This document shows positions 1 to 8,038 of a stretch of DNA of 43,028 nt, in pieces. A model generated the notes under the pieces. It saw nothing but the letters and a program-made list of their open reading frames with translations. It was not told where the DNA came from and did no database searches. The translations under genes were made by a program, and so were the position numbers. Source of the DNA: a virus. Lineage: Duplodnaviria > Caudoviricetes. Each line of letters opens with the position of its first letter. Position 1 is the stretch's first letter. Location: IMG/VR virus record IMGVR_UViG_3300044667_000233, positions 1 to 43,028 of that record. The stretch is one strand, 5' to 3'.

Positions 1-90
1 CCGCCAGTAGGAGGCTTCCGCGCTCTTGCCGTGCGCCTCAAAGGTGAGGGCGAGGCGTAAACACATGGTGGCGTGACTGATAAGGTGCAT
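1..90 (-). CDS. hypothetical phage protein, cut by window edge (MHLISHATMCLRLALTFEAHGKSAEASYWR...)
   Basis: ATG at 90 after GAGGA RBS; frame runs off the left end. Confidence 0.5.
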   Translation of the reverse strand, partial: MHLISHATMCLRLALTFEAHGKSAEASYWR

Positions 91-98
91 CTTGGTCC

Positions 99-293
99 TC
101 ACAGAGGGGATGAGTGGGATGGGCGAGGGTGCCGCCGCGGCGTGGTGCAGCGTATCTCGCAGGTCTCGATGTTGATGACGTAGCGATCACCGGGGCGGAT
201 AATCGTGGTGCAGCCTGCTGCGGTGCAGGCGATTGGACTGTCGGCCCGGCGCCACTGCCAGGGGTCGCGGTCAAGGTGGGTGGTGTGTTTCAT
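99..293 (-). CDS. small Cys-containing hypothetical protein
   Basis: GGAGGAG RBS before ATG at 293 (MKHTTHLDRD...); fits early-left operon. Confidence 0.55.
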   Translation of the reverse strand: MKHTTHLDRDPWQWRRADSPIACTAAGCTTIIRPGDRYVINIETCEIRCTTPRRHPRPSHSSPL

Positions 294-341
294 CGTGGTT
301 CTCCTCCAGCGCAACATGCGACTACCTCGGGACACGAGGCA

Positions 342-590
342 TCACGAGGCCGCCTCCCAGGTCCGCTCCCGCAAGGCCGTCCGCAGTCTGGCGATCTCGG
401 CCTCCAGCCAGGCGTTATAGGCCACCAGCAGCTCACGGTGCTCCTCCAACTCGGCGATGTAGTCGTACAGGCGCAGGCCACGCGCAGCCAGCTCCCGCGC
501 CAGCTCAGCCCGGTGGCGTTGCCGCGCGCTCACCGACAGAGATCCCGTGCCGCGGTCTGCAGGTCGGCTGCCGTGCCGCGATCGTGCCAT
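342..590 (-). CDS. hypothetical coiled-coil protein
   Basis: Helical ELARELAARG...EAEIARLRTALRE; early-left operon. Confidence 0.5.
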   Translation of the reverse strand: MARSRHGSRPADRGTGSLSVSARQRHRAELARELAARGLRLYDYIAELEEHRELLVAYNAWLEAEIARLRTALRERTWEAAS

Positions 591-937
591 TCAAGGAGCC
601 AGCACGCCAGCCGTTGGCGCCAGCCGGGCCGCTCCACCAGGCCGGCCAGCTCGCCGTAGGCGCAGGCTTCGGAGAGGAATTCCCCCGACGCCTTGCCGCA
701 GGCATAGACCCGCCAGCAGCGGGGCGCGCGAATGGCGACGATGCCGCACAGCTTGCCGGTGCGGATGGCGCGCTCGAGCTCGGGCAAGGCGGCGCCGTCC
801 GGGATGGCGGCGTAGAAGGCCCCGTAGGGCAGGGCGTGCAAGGGGGTGTCCAGGCCCTCGGGCTGCTTGGCCAGGGGGCGGACGCGAGTGGTCGTCTCGG
901 CGCGGGAAATGCTGTTGCTCGTCCAGATGTGCGACAT
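530..937 (-). CDS. hypothetical protein
   Basis: AAGGAGG RBS before MSHIWTS. Confidence 0.55.
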   Translation of the reverse strand: MSHIWTSNSISRAETTTRVRPLAKQPEGLDTPLHALPYGAFYAAIPDGAALPELERAIRTGKLCGIVAIRAPRCWRVYACGKASGEFLSEACAYGELAGLVERPGWRQRLACWLLEWHDRGTAADLQTAARDLCR

Positions 938-957
938 GAGGGGCACCTCCTTGGGCA

Positions 958-1716
958 CTACAGGGGGGATTCGTCCTCGGCGTCGGCGGTCTCGTCCGCG
1001 AGCGCCTGGGGAAAGGCTGCATCGAGCTGGGCCTCGCGCCGCTTGTATTCGGCGGCCCAGTTGGCCAGAATCTTCTCGGCTTCGCTCTGCGTGGGGTTTT
1101 TGGGCAGCAGGGCCTGGAAGCCGACGCAGGCCAGCGCCTCCTTGCCGTGGCGCAGCCGGGCCAGGGTTTTGGCATCAGCGGGCGGGTCCGTGACCTCACC
1201 GGTGGTGGTGGTGACCGTGGGGGCAATCGGGCGTGCACCGGGGATGGTTTCCACTTCCGTCTCGTCGAGCATGCCGGCGCCGGTGAAGCTGAGGACGGCG
1301 CGACGCTTGGCCTTGGTTTCGGCACGAAGGAGCGCGTTGACGAGATTCTCGCCAAAGAGGTTTTCGATGTTCACGGCGCCGGTCGATTGCTCCACCCGCC
1401 CCGAGGCGTCCGTGGCCTCCGCGACCACGAGGTACACCTTGCCCGTGAGGATCTCCGTGCGCACGATGCGCCGCGAAATGCCCGCTTTCCGGGCAATCTG
1501 GTCCGTGGCGCCACGCCCCGCGTAGAGCACGAGCTTGTTGTTGAGCTTCAGATACGAAAGCGGCTGACTCATTGGATCCAGGTCGAGCCGCTCGCAGGTG
1601 AGGTGGTAGTAGCGCAGGCGCTCCTCCTGGCTCAGCTTGGAGAGGTCGCCGTCGACGATCAGTTTCTCCAGGATGTCGAGGTTGGCGGGCTCGCGTGTTG
1701 CCAGTGCGGTGTTCAC
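958..1716 (-). CDS. RecT/Bet-like single-strand annealing protein
   Basis: GDLSKLSQEERLRYYHLTCERLDLDP...KLVLYAGRGATDQ...NALLRAETKAKRRAVL is typical of phage annealases. Confidence 0.75.
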   Translation of the reverse strand: MNTALATREPANLDILEKLIVDGDLSKLSQEERLRYYHLTCERLDLDPMSQPLSYLKLNNKLVLYAGRGATDQIARKAGISRRIVRTEILTGKVYLVVAEATDASGRVEQSTGAVNIENLFGENLVNALLRAETKAKRRAVLSFTGAGMLDETEVETIPGARPIAPTVTTTTGEVTDPPADAKTLARLRHGKEALACVGFQALLPKNPTQSEAEKILANWAAEYKRREAQLDAAFPQALADETADAEDESPL

Positions 1717-2066
1717 AACGCCGCTCCTTCCATCATGCTCAGGGTCACGTCCGACTGCTCGAAGGATCGACCGCAGGCCGAGCAGACCAGCGAGCCGTGG
1801 TCGTTGCCGATCCAGTCATGCTCGCCGCGGGCGCAGGCTTCCGCTCGTCGCGCGCGCCCCTCCAGCATCTTCGCGTGCAGCGCCACCACGTCAGTCGCCT
1901 CGCACTCCAGATACCAGCGCAGCGCCGCGGCCTCCGCGCCGTAGAACGCCATTTTCGCCTCGCTGCCGACCAGGCCGATCTGCACGCTGTTCTCGTACAC
2001 CAACGTGACATCCGTCACCTGGTCCAGGTTGATGCTGTGCTTGCCGATGCGAATCAAGGTTGCCAT
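1713..2066 (-). CDS. hypothetical protein with C-terminal Zn-ribbon
   Basis: LIRIGKHSINLDQVT N-terminus; CARGEH...CSACG; 4-nt overlap with next gene. Confidence 0.65.
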   Translation of the reverse strand: MATLIRIGKHSINLDQVTDVTLVYENSVQIGLVGSEAKMAFYGAEAAALRWYLECEATDVVALHAKMLEGRARRAEACARGEHDWIGNDHGSLVCSACGRSFEQSDVTLSMMEGAAL

Positions 2067-2067
2067 C

Positions 2068-2283
2068 TCATCCTCCCCGTACTGCCTGCTTCAATTGCCA
2101 CATGAGGGCGCTTGGCGCAATACCCTCGTCCAAGCACACCTGGAAAAACTCGCGCCGTTCTTCGGGCGTCATGCCCAGCGCATCCATGTCGCGCAGGAGC
2201 CAGCGTTGGCTATTTGCCAACGCATCGCCCCTGACGCGGCGCTCTGCCTCGTTCCCCCGCTGGATGTAGGTCTTGCCGTACAT
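2068..2283 (-). CDS. hypothetical protein
   Basis: AGGAGGAG RBS before MYGKTY. Confidence 0.55.
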   Translation of the reverse strand: MYGKTYIQRGNEAERRVRGDALANSQRWLLRDMDALGMTPEERREFFQVCLDEGIAPSALMWQLKQAVRGG

Positions 2284-2293
2284 CGCTCTCCTC

Positions 2294-2728
2294 CTAGGCT
2301 GAAGCATGGGCTACGTGGTCAAGGCTGCACGCCGGACAATACAGGGGCGATTGCTCCGTGAAGCGATAGCGCTCGCCGCAGCGGCAGCACCAGCAGGTCA
2401 GCGGATAGGGCTCCGGCTCGGGCTCCGGCGCGACCAGGCTCAGGTCGGCCTGGGCGTCCCGGTCGTGGTTGATACATGTCCAGCACAGCGTCCTGCCGAC
2501 CGCCGCCACGCCCTGGCCGCAGCGTGCGCACCAGAAGGGGCGGGGCTGGCTCGCCGCAGTGGCGACATGCCGGCAGGTCGAGCGGTAGGCAAAACCTTTG
2601 CAGTCTGCGTCGCAGATCCAGCGGCCGGCGATCAGGCGCACATCATGGAACTGGCCGGGATGCGAGGCCGAGGCGACGCGGGCGTGGGTAGGGCTCAGGA
2701 AGTGGGTGGCGGGAAGGGGGGTTACCAT
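2294..2728 (-). CDS. SWIM-type zinc-finger protein with extra CxxC motifs; first gene of leftward operon
   Basis: WICDADCKGFAYRSTCRHV (SWIM-like), CARCG/CWTC, CRCG/CPAC; AAGGAG RBS. Confidence 0.65.
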   Translation of the reverse strand: MVTPLPATHFLSPTHARVASASHPGQFHDVRLIAGRWICDADCKGFAYRSTCRHVATAASQPRPFWCARCGQGVAAVGRTLCWTCINHDRDAQADLSLVAPEPEPEPYPLTCWCCRCGERYRFTEQSPLYCPACSLDHVAHASA

Positions 2729-2766
2729 GACCTTGCTCCTTGGTGGACTCGATTTACTCTGCCTCC

Positions 2767-2795
2767 ATCATACACTATAACGTATGCGTATGCAA
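2767..2795 (-). promoter_or_regulatory. leftward sigma70-type promoter (PL-like)
   Basis: Minus strand TTGCAT-17 nt-TATGAT. Confidence 0.75.
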
Positions 2796-2849
2796 TAGTG
2801 TTGGGGTGTGATAAACTACTTGCATAGCTTGCCGCATATGCGTATGTTA
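2778..2849. promoter_or_regulatory. two related operator sites overlapping the divergent promoters
   Basis: TAACGTATGCGTATGC (2778-2793) and an inverted copy GCATATGCGTATGTTA (2834-2849), 13/16 identical. Confidence 0.6.
2820..2848 (+). promoter_or_regulatory. rightward sigma70-type promoter (PR-like)
   Basis: TTGCAT-17 nt-TATGTT upstream of the XRE gene. Confidence 0.7.
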
Positions 2850-2878
2850 CAAGCGGCAGGGAAAGGAGATCAGGTCAG

Positions 2879-3196
2879 ATGGGAGTCGTCACCATGGCTC
2901 GCTACCAAATTGGAAAGGTGGCGGCCGAGGAAGGGATGACGATCTACCGCCTTGCACGCAAGGCGGGCGTCAACGAAGCTCGGTTGCGGTTAATCGTCAA
3001 CAACCGCGTCGAGAACGTGACCGTGCGGACGCTCGAACAGATCGCCATCGCCCTTGGCCGTCCACTTGCGGAAATCTTCGAGCCTGCTAGTCTGTACGAG
3101 GTGCCGCGCATCCCGAACGGAGCGCAGGCTGATTCGCTGGGGGAGGACGAGTCCGATAATAGTACAAATTATCTAGATTCAGCCATGGAGGGCTGA
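2879..3196 (+). CDS. XRE/Cro-CI family HTH repressor
   Basis: GMTIYRLARKAGVNEARLRLIVNNRVENVTVRTLEQIAIALGRPLAEIF; acidic tail, no S24 peptidase domain; start 2879 or 2894. Confidence 0.85.
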   Translation: MGVVTMARYQIGKVAAEEGMTIYRLARKAGVNEARLRLIVNNRVENVTVRTLEQIAIALGRPLAEIFEPASLYEVPRIPNGAQADSLGEDESDNSTNYLDSAMEG

Positions 3197-3205
3197 TAAA
3201 ATAAG

Positions 3206-3292
3206 GAACCACCACCGACTGGGCGCTGGAACGCCGCAATGGTGGTGGTTCGCAAGTTAAGCCAGACGGCAGGGAATCGCAGACTGGCTTAA
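3206..3292. ncRNA. double stem-loop element (leader/attenuator or antisense sRNA)
   Basis: 11-bp stem GAACCACCACC/GGTGGTGGTTC with inner GGCG-CTGGAA-CGCC; 9-bp stem TTAAGCCAG/CTGGCTTAA. Confidence 0.5.
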
Positions 3293-3413
3293 GTCCGGTA
3301 GGACACTGACAGTTTAGCGCGTCTTGAACACCGATTCTAGATATTTTTGTCTAGCCATCCGGATGTTTTCCTTGCCGTCGTTCACTGCCCCGCGGGGCAG
3401 GATTGGACGGACG

Positions 3414-3887
3414 ATGGCGCTCGCTCATGTGGGCTACGGCCCTGCTGACGACACACGGCTTCGCATTCTCCTCGCGATCTTCGAGACCTCCGTGCCCGGC
3501 GGCCATGCGACGTTCCACGAGCTGCGCGAGCGGGCGGGCATCGGCTATGGCACTCTTACTCATCATCTTCCCGGCCTCCAGGAGGCAGGCTACATTGAGC
3601 GCGGCCAGGGCGCGCGCACGTTGCGCTTGACGCGCCTTGGCGTCAGCCTGCTGCGCGGGAGCGACCTTATCGAACAGGTCGCGCTTGTTCCGCTCTATGC
3701 CATCAGTGCGCGTGGCCTGGAGCTGCTGGAGTCACCACGGGCGAAGAACGCCGATGCCGACGGGCCGGCAGATGCCAGGTCCGAGATCCACGCGGTTGCT
3801 ATGGGAGAGGACGCCTCCTCGGCTATGGAGGAGCCTTCCACGTATGAAGCCGACGGCCCGGACATTATGGCCGAGGGCGAGCTGTGA
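3414..3887 (+). CDS. winged-helix transcription regulator (LexA-N/ArsR-like)
   Basis: TRLRILLAI...ATFHELRERAGIGYGTLTHHLPGLQEAGYIERGQGARTLRLT. Confidence 0.75.
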   Translation: MALAHVGYGPADDTRLRILLAIFETSVPGGHATFHELRERAGIGYGTLTHHLPGLQEAGYIERGQGARTLRLTRLGVSLLRGSDLIEQVALVPLYAISARGLELLESPRAKNADADGPADARSEIHAVAMGEDASSAMEEPSTYEADGPDIMAEGEL

Positions 3888-3959
3888 GTAACGCTGCCGC
3901 AAGCATAGCAGCAAATCGGCCACAACAACAGCCCATCGTGGAGGAGCAAGAAACGACAC

Positions 3960-4005
3960 GGCCTCCCCATCGCAGATCGCGCGCAAGATCCAGCGAGGGG
4001 AGGCC
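3960..4005. ncRNA. long irregular hairpin, possible antisense sRNA or terminator
   Basis: GGCCTCCCC/GGGGAGGCC stem with inner TCGC/GCGA and GATC/GATC; minus-strand TGCTATACT at 4056-4064. Confidence 0.4.
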
Positions 4006-4125
4006 ATATCTGAAGCCAGCGTTACCCAGCTCAACGTGGCAAAGCACGTGCCGGCAGTATAGCAAATTTACGCTACAACTGGACTATCCGTGTGCACAGG
4101 CTGTACGAAATCGGGGGCTGGCGCC

Positions 4126-4575
4126 ATGAGCCGTTGCGTCGAACCCCTCTCGGCGCGGGAACTGGAGGTGCTGCGCCTGGCCGCCGCCGGCTACAAACAG
4201 CACGACCTTGGCCGGCGGCTCGGCATCGCCCAGAACACGGTCAAGAACCATATGACCGCCATCTGCGCCAAGCTGGGGGCCTGCAGCACGCTCACGGCGG
4301 TGGTGGCCGCGGCGGCCTCGGGCCAGCTCGACCTGGGCCGGCTGGAGGTGGCGCCGGCGGCGCCCGCGTGGCGGCGGCAGTGGGCCTGGGCGCGCTACGA
4401 GCGGTGGTACTGGCGTGCACGGCAGGGAGCGCCGGCCTGGGCGCTGCGCGAAGCAGATGGGGTAAGCGCAAGCACGGTGTTCCATGGGATACGGCACTAT
4501 GCGGAGGCGCACGGCCTTCCCTACCCCTACAAGCCGCATGGGCCGAAGCGCCGGGCATGGGAGGAGCCAGCATGA
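4126..4575 (+). CDS. LuxR-type HTH regulator with probable second HTH
   Basis: PLSARELEVLRLAAAGYKQHDLGRRLGIAQNTVKNHMTAICAKLG; C-terminal ALREADGVSASTVFHGIRHY. Confidence 0.85.
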   Translation: MSRCVEPLSARELEVLRLAAAGYKQHDLGRRLGIAQNTVKNHMTAICAKLGACSTLTAVVAAAASGQLDLGRLEVAPAAPAWRRQWAWARYERWYWRARQGAPAWALREADGVSASTVFHGIRHYAEAHGLPYPYKPHGPKRRAWEEPA

Positions 4576-5198
4576 AGGAGGAAGCCCTGCGCTACTACGA
4601 TGGCCTCGTGGGTTGGCTGGTCCGCCGCTTCCCCGACGTGGACCACGATCTGCGGCTCGACGCGGCGCATGACGCCATCCTGCTGGTGCTGGGGATTGAG
4701 CCGCCGGGCGCGCATCGCGCGGGGTGGGTGTGGGAGGCACGAACGCCCGCATTCGAGAGCGTGGGCGGCATGCGCGTCTATCTGCGGCGAGCGGCGTCAT
4801 TTCGCTTGAGTCACCTGATCCGGCATGAGCGGGACCAGCAGGACCTCGCGGCACGGCTCGACGAGCGCGCGCGTTGCGTTGCCCCGGATACCCTGCGGGT
4901 GGTACTCGGGCGCGAAGCATTGCGCGAGGCGTTCGCCGCCCGCGTGCCAGAGGTGTTTCTCAGGCACTCGACCATGACCGAGCGCTGGCTGGTCGAACTC
5001 TTCATCCTCGGCCTCAAGGGGGCGGAGGAGGCGAGCCACGTCCTTGGCGTAGCCCACCTGCCCTGGCCGGAGCGGCGGGCCACCGTGCGAGCGATCAAAA
5101 ACCGCGTCAGGAAGAAGTGGCTGTATGCTGTTGCCCATCCTGCGCAGCGAGCGCCACGTGCGGGTGGGCCGCCGCGGAAAGTGGAACTGCCGGCATGA
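4572..5198 (+). CDS. ECF-like sigma-70 family factor
   Basis: Region-2-like LDAAHDAILL...MRVYLRRAASFRLSHLIRHE; region-4-like TERWLVELFILGLKGAEEASHVLGV...TVRAIKNRVRKK; GGAGGAG RBS; ATGA overlap. Confidence 0.6.
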   Translation: MKEEALRYYDGLVGWLVRRFPDVDHDLRLDAAHDAILLVLGIEPPGAHRAGWVWEARTPAFESVGGMRVYLRRAASFRLSHLIRHERDQQDLAARLDERARCVAPDTLRVVLGREALREAFAARVPEVFLRHSTMTERWLVELFILGLKGAEEASHVLGVAHLPWPERRATVRAIKNRVRKKWLYAVAHPAQRAPRAGGPPRKVELPA

Positions 5199-5536
5199 GC
5201 GCACGGGTGTTGCTGGAGGTGCTGCTGCCGATTGCCGTGGCGCGGGAGCTGGAGCGGCTGCTGGCGCGGGGCGGTCCCCATGACCTCGACCTGGACTGGC
5301 GGCTCAAGGAGGAACTGGCGATGCGGCTGGCGGAGAAGGGCGACGTGCTCCTGTATCGGGGCAAGAAGAAGGGCGAGACGGCGAGTGCGTTCGCGGACCT
5401 GGCGCGGGGCGTGGCGCTCCTCGCGTTCGCACCGGGCGGCGTCTCCATCTTCGGGTTCCACGCCTGCACCGGGACGCGGGACTGCAACGGGGAACGCTGC
5501 CACGAGATTGGCGGTGTGCGATTGGAGGAACGATAA
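5195..5536 (+). CDS. hypothetical protein
   Basis: ATGA-coupled; strong GC3 bias. Confidence 0.6.
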   Translation: MSARVLLEVLLPIAVARELERLLARGGPHDLDLDWRLKEELAMRLAEKGDVLLYRGKKKGETASAFADLARGVALLAFAPGGVSIFGFHACTGTRDCNGERCHEIGGVRLEER

Positions 5537-6015
5537 TGTTGTCACCGTGGAAGGAGGAGCCCAATCCTGGGGCCATTCGGCCACGCTTGCTCTCGCGTGC
5601 GCGGGAGCTTGCGCTGGCCGGCCTTGCTGCGGAAGAGATAGCGGCGAAGCTGGAAGAGGAATTGCCTGGGCGTCGCTTGACCGATGGGCCGGAGTGGCGA
5701 CGGGATGTTGAGTACGCGAACCCGGCGGCCATCGCCACGATGGAGCGGGAACGGGGACGGCTGCCCGGCGTGCGACTCGGCACACAAAATGGCGATGCGC
5801 CGGCCGCAGCCCATGCCTTTGTTCCCATGAGCAGCCAGCTCCTCGCGTTTGCCGAGGTGCGCGACTGGCGGTGTGCGCACTGCGGCCGGGTAGGCTCGCG
5901 TGCCGGCGACCCGGACGGCGCGAGCTGGCGCAAGGATTTGGTGCCAGGCACAGCCAAGCAGGTATTGAGCTGTAGCGGCTGCGTGGGCGGTGCCAGCGCT
6001 GATGACGGCCTCTGA
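5536..6015 (+). CDS. hypothetical protein with degenerate HNH-like Zn motif
   Basis: RDWRCAHCG...LSCSGC; catalytic H/N not evident. Confidence 0.5.
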   Translation: MLSPWKEEPNPGAIRPRLLSRARELALAGLAAEEIAAKLEEELPGRRLTDGPEWRRDVEYANPAAIATMERERGRLPGVRLGTQNGDAPAAAHAFVPMSSQLLAFAEVRDWRCAHCGRVGSRAGDPDGASWRKDLVPGTAKQVLSCSGCVGGASADDGL

Positions 6016-6625
6016 GACCCTGGCGATGGCCAAGGCGGAAGGCGTCACCCTCTACGCGGACCAGGCAGCGGCAAAGGTCAGGTGGACGGCGGCGGCGGTG
6101 CCATCCGCTGCCTTGAAGGAGGCGATTGTGGCGACGAAGGCCGAACTGCTGGCGTGTCTTCCTGGAGGGCGACGCGACGCGGATCCGCACCAGCGGTCGA
6201 TGCCGCTGCTGCGGGCGGTGCCGGACTCGGATGCTGTGGGGTCAAACGGGCACACGCCGGACCGGCTGACCGAGGACGAGAAGCTGCACACCTTTCGCGC
6301 GCCGAATGTGCTCCGCACCCGTCTCCTCCACGTGAAGACGGGCTTGGGAGACGCCGAGTTGCGGGTCTACGTGTATCTGGTCGGGCACGCGATGGGCTAC
6401 CACAGGTCCAGCGATGCGGTCTCGCTGAAGCAGATTGTGCATGGCGTGACCCGTGCGGACGGCCTGGTGCTCGATACCGGGACTGGGCTGGGTCTCGCCA
6501 GTGTAAAGCGAGCACTCAATGGCCTCATTGCGCGTGGCTTGATTACACGCACGCGCAACACCGACGCCCGCCATGGCCATACCGCCAGTACCTACTCGAT
6601 TAATGTCCGGGCTGGAGAAGAATGA
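6002..6625 (+). CDS. replication initiator (lambda O-like winged helix) with small N-terminal TubC_N-like domain
   Basis: APNVL...LGDAELRVYVYLVGHAMGYHRSSDAVSLKQIVHG...LDTGTGLGLASVKRALNGLIARGLITR; iterons follow directly. Confidence 0.8.
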   Translation: MTASETLAMAKAEGVTLYADQAAAKVRWTAAAVPSAALKEAIVATKAELLACLPGGRRDADPHQRSMPLLRAVPDSDAVGSNGHTPDRLTEDEKLHTFRAPNVLRTRLLHVKTGLGDAELRVYVYLVGHAMGYHRSSDAVSLKQIVHGVTRADGLVLDTGTGLGLASVKRALNGLIARGLITRTRNTDARHGHTASTYSINVRAGEE

Positions 6626-6629
6626 CGTC

Positions 6630-6795
6630 CCTAGGCCCACCCGTGAGCCTAGCTTGGCTCACCCAGGCCCCAAGCCTAGGCCCACCCGTGAGCCTAGCCT
6701 AGGCTCACCCAGGCCCCAAGCCTAGGCTCACGGGTGGGCCTATATATCAATCCATTAGTGGCAAGCAAGTTAGTGGCAAGCAAGTTAGTGGCAAG
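6630..6795. repeat. putative replication origin: iterons, AT-rich spacer, 15-bp repeats
   Basis: Two 45/46-bp direct repeats (6630, 6675) with core CCTAGGCCCACCCGTGAGCCTAG; inverted core 6721-6742; TATATATCAAT; TTAGTGGCAAGCAAG x2.7 (6755-6795). Confidence 0.8.
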
Positions 6796-6852
6796 CCGCG
6801 CGCGGGGCGCGCGCACGCACACAAACCAAAGGAAACGACGAAGGAGACGACG

Positions 6853-7215
6853 ATGGCCATTCGGAGCGAGCGTACGGGCATGACGCTGGAGATCAACCCC
6901 GCCGACCCGCCGGCGGCGGAAACGGACGTGTTCGCCCGCAGTGTGCGGCAGGAGACGCGCGAGGGGCCGGCCCTTCCTGGGGGGTTGGTCGACCTCTCCC
7001 GCCCGAGCTGGGAGGAGCTGGCGGCGGCCTTCGCGGCGGAACGCGAGGCCGAGGCACGGCACAAGGGCCTGCGGGACGAGTTGAAGGAGCGGCAAGCCGA
7101 TTTCGAGGAGGAAGTGGCCGACCTGCGGGCGTTCATTAAAGAGGCGAAGGAGGAGCACGCGGCGCGGCTCGCTGAGCTGAAGGAGCTGGGCAAGCGGCTC
7201 TCTGCCCGTGGCTGA
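6853..7215 (+). CDS. coiled-coil hypothetical protein
   Basis: AAGGAG RBS; heptad-rich C-terminal half. Confidence 0.65.
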   Translation: MAIRSERTGMTLEINPADPPAAETDVFARSVRQETREGPALPGGLVDLSRPSWEELAAAFAAEREAEARHKGLRDELKERQADFEEEVADLRAFIKEAKEEHAARLAELKELGKRLSARG

Positions 7216-7474
7216 GCCCTTGCCGTTTCGGCCAACCGCCGGGGCCTTCGCGGACGGCGAGCCGGCTGAGCGGGTCGAGCGCGCCCTCGCCGCGGCGGGC
7301 TGGTCTGGCCTGACGATGGCGGACCTGCTGCACCAGACGCGCCTCGGCTGGGACGACCTCTTCCCGATCGTCGATGCGGGGCTGGAGGCGCGGCGCTATG
7401 GCGCACGGCAACTGCCGGCAAGGCAGAGCCAGGGGGAGCGCATCGCGGGCAGCATGCGGTATGTTCTACGCTAA
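7208..7474 (+). CDS. small HTH-like protein
   Basis: ERVERALAAAGWSGLTMADLLHQTRL. Confidence 0.5.
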   Translation: MAEPLPFRPTAGAFADGEPAERVERALAAAGWSGLTMADLLHQTRLGWDDLFPIVDAGLEARRYGARQLPARQSQGERIAGSMRYVLR

Positions 7475-7491
7475 CGGGGAGGAGCGGGGCA

Positions 7492-7980
7492 ATCGGCACG
7501 AAATCGCGTCCTACACGCGCCAGAACGCCAAAACCGGCCGCGGCCACGGCTGAGCCCACCAAGCGTGCAAACTCGTCTGCAGATGCGTTTGGCGCGGCCT
7601 TACGCGCACGCACGAACTGCGGGGCAGCGCAGAGCGAAGGCCATCAGGCGCTCGTCATCGAGGTGCGCACGTACATCGTGCGCCGGGGCGGCTGGATCCT
7701 CAAGTACTTCGCCGGCGGCCTGGGCAACCGCCGCGGCATGCCTGATTTCCTCGTCGCCATGCCGATTCCTGGTGCGCGTCTGGCCGCCTTCGTGGCCATT
7801 GAGGTAAAGACGGGCAATGCCCACCTCGATAAGGGGCAGCGTGACGTGAAGGCGGAGCTCGAGGCGGCGCGGGTGCTCTACATCGTGGCGCGGTGTGTGG
7901 ATGATGTCGAGGAGGCGCTGCTGGGAGCCGGCCTGGTGGAGAGTCCCGCGTTGCTGATTCGGCGGTCGCGTGGCTCGTAG
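7492..7980 (+). CDS. VRR-NUC domain nuclease (Holliday junction resolvase-like); start uncertain (ATC 7492 or GTG 7663)
   Basis: RRGMPDFL...FVAIEVKT...LDKGQ...YIVARCVDDV, PD-(D/E)xK motif. Confidence 0.8.
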   Translation: MGTKSRPTRARTPKPAAATAEPTKRANSSADAFGAALRARTNCGAAQSEGHQALVIEVRTYIVRRGGWILKYFAGGLGNRRGMPDFLVAMPIPGARLAAFVAIEVKTGNAHLDKGQRDVKAELEAARVLYIVARCVDDVEEALLGAGLVESPALLIRRSRGS

Positions 7981-8038
7981 GACGGGACCGGGCCGCTCAG
8001 GACAGACAGCCCTGGCCCCGCTGGCTCCAGGGTATCCC

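Noticed and set aside
6630-6795. CRISPR or guide-RNA array
   Set aside because: Repeats are contiguous without unique spacers and lie next to the initiator; no cas genes. I saw no repeat-spacer array in the window.
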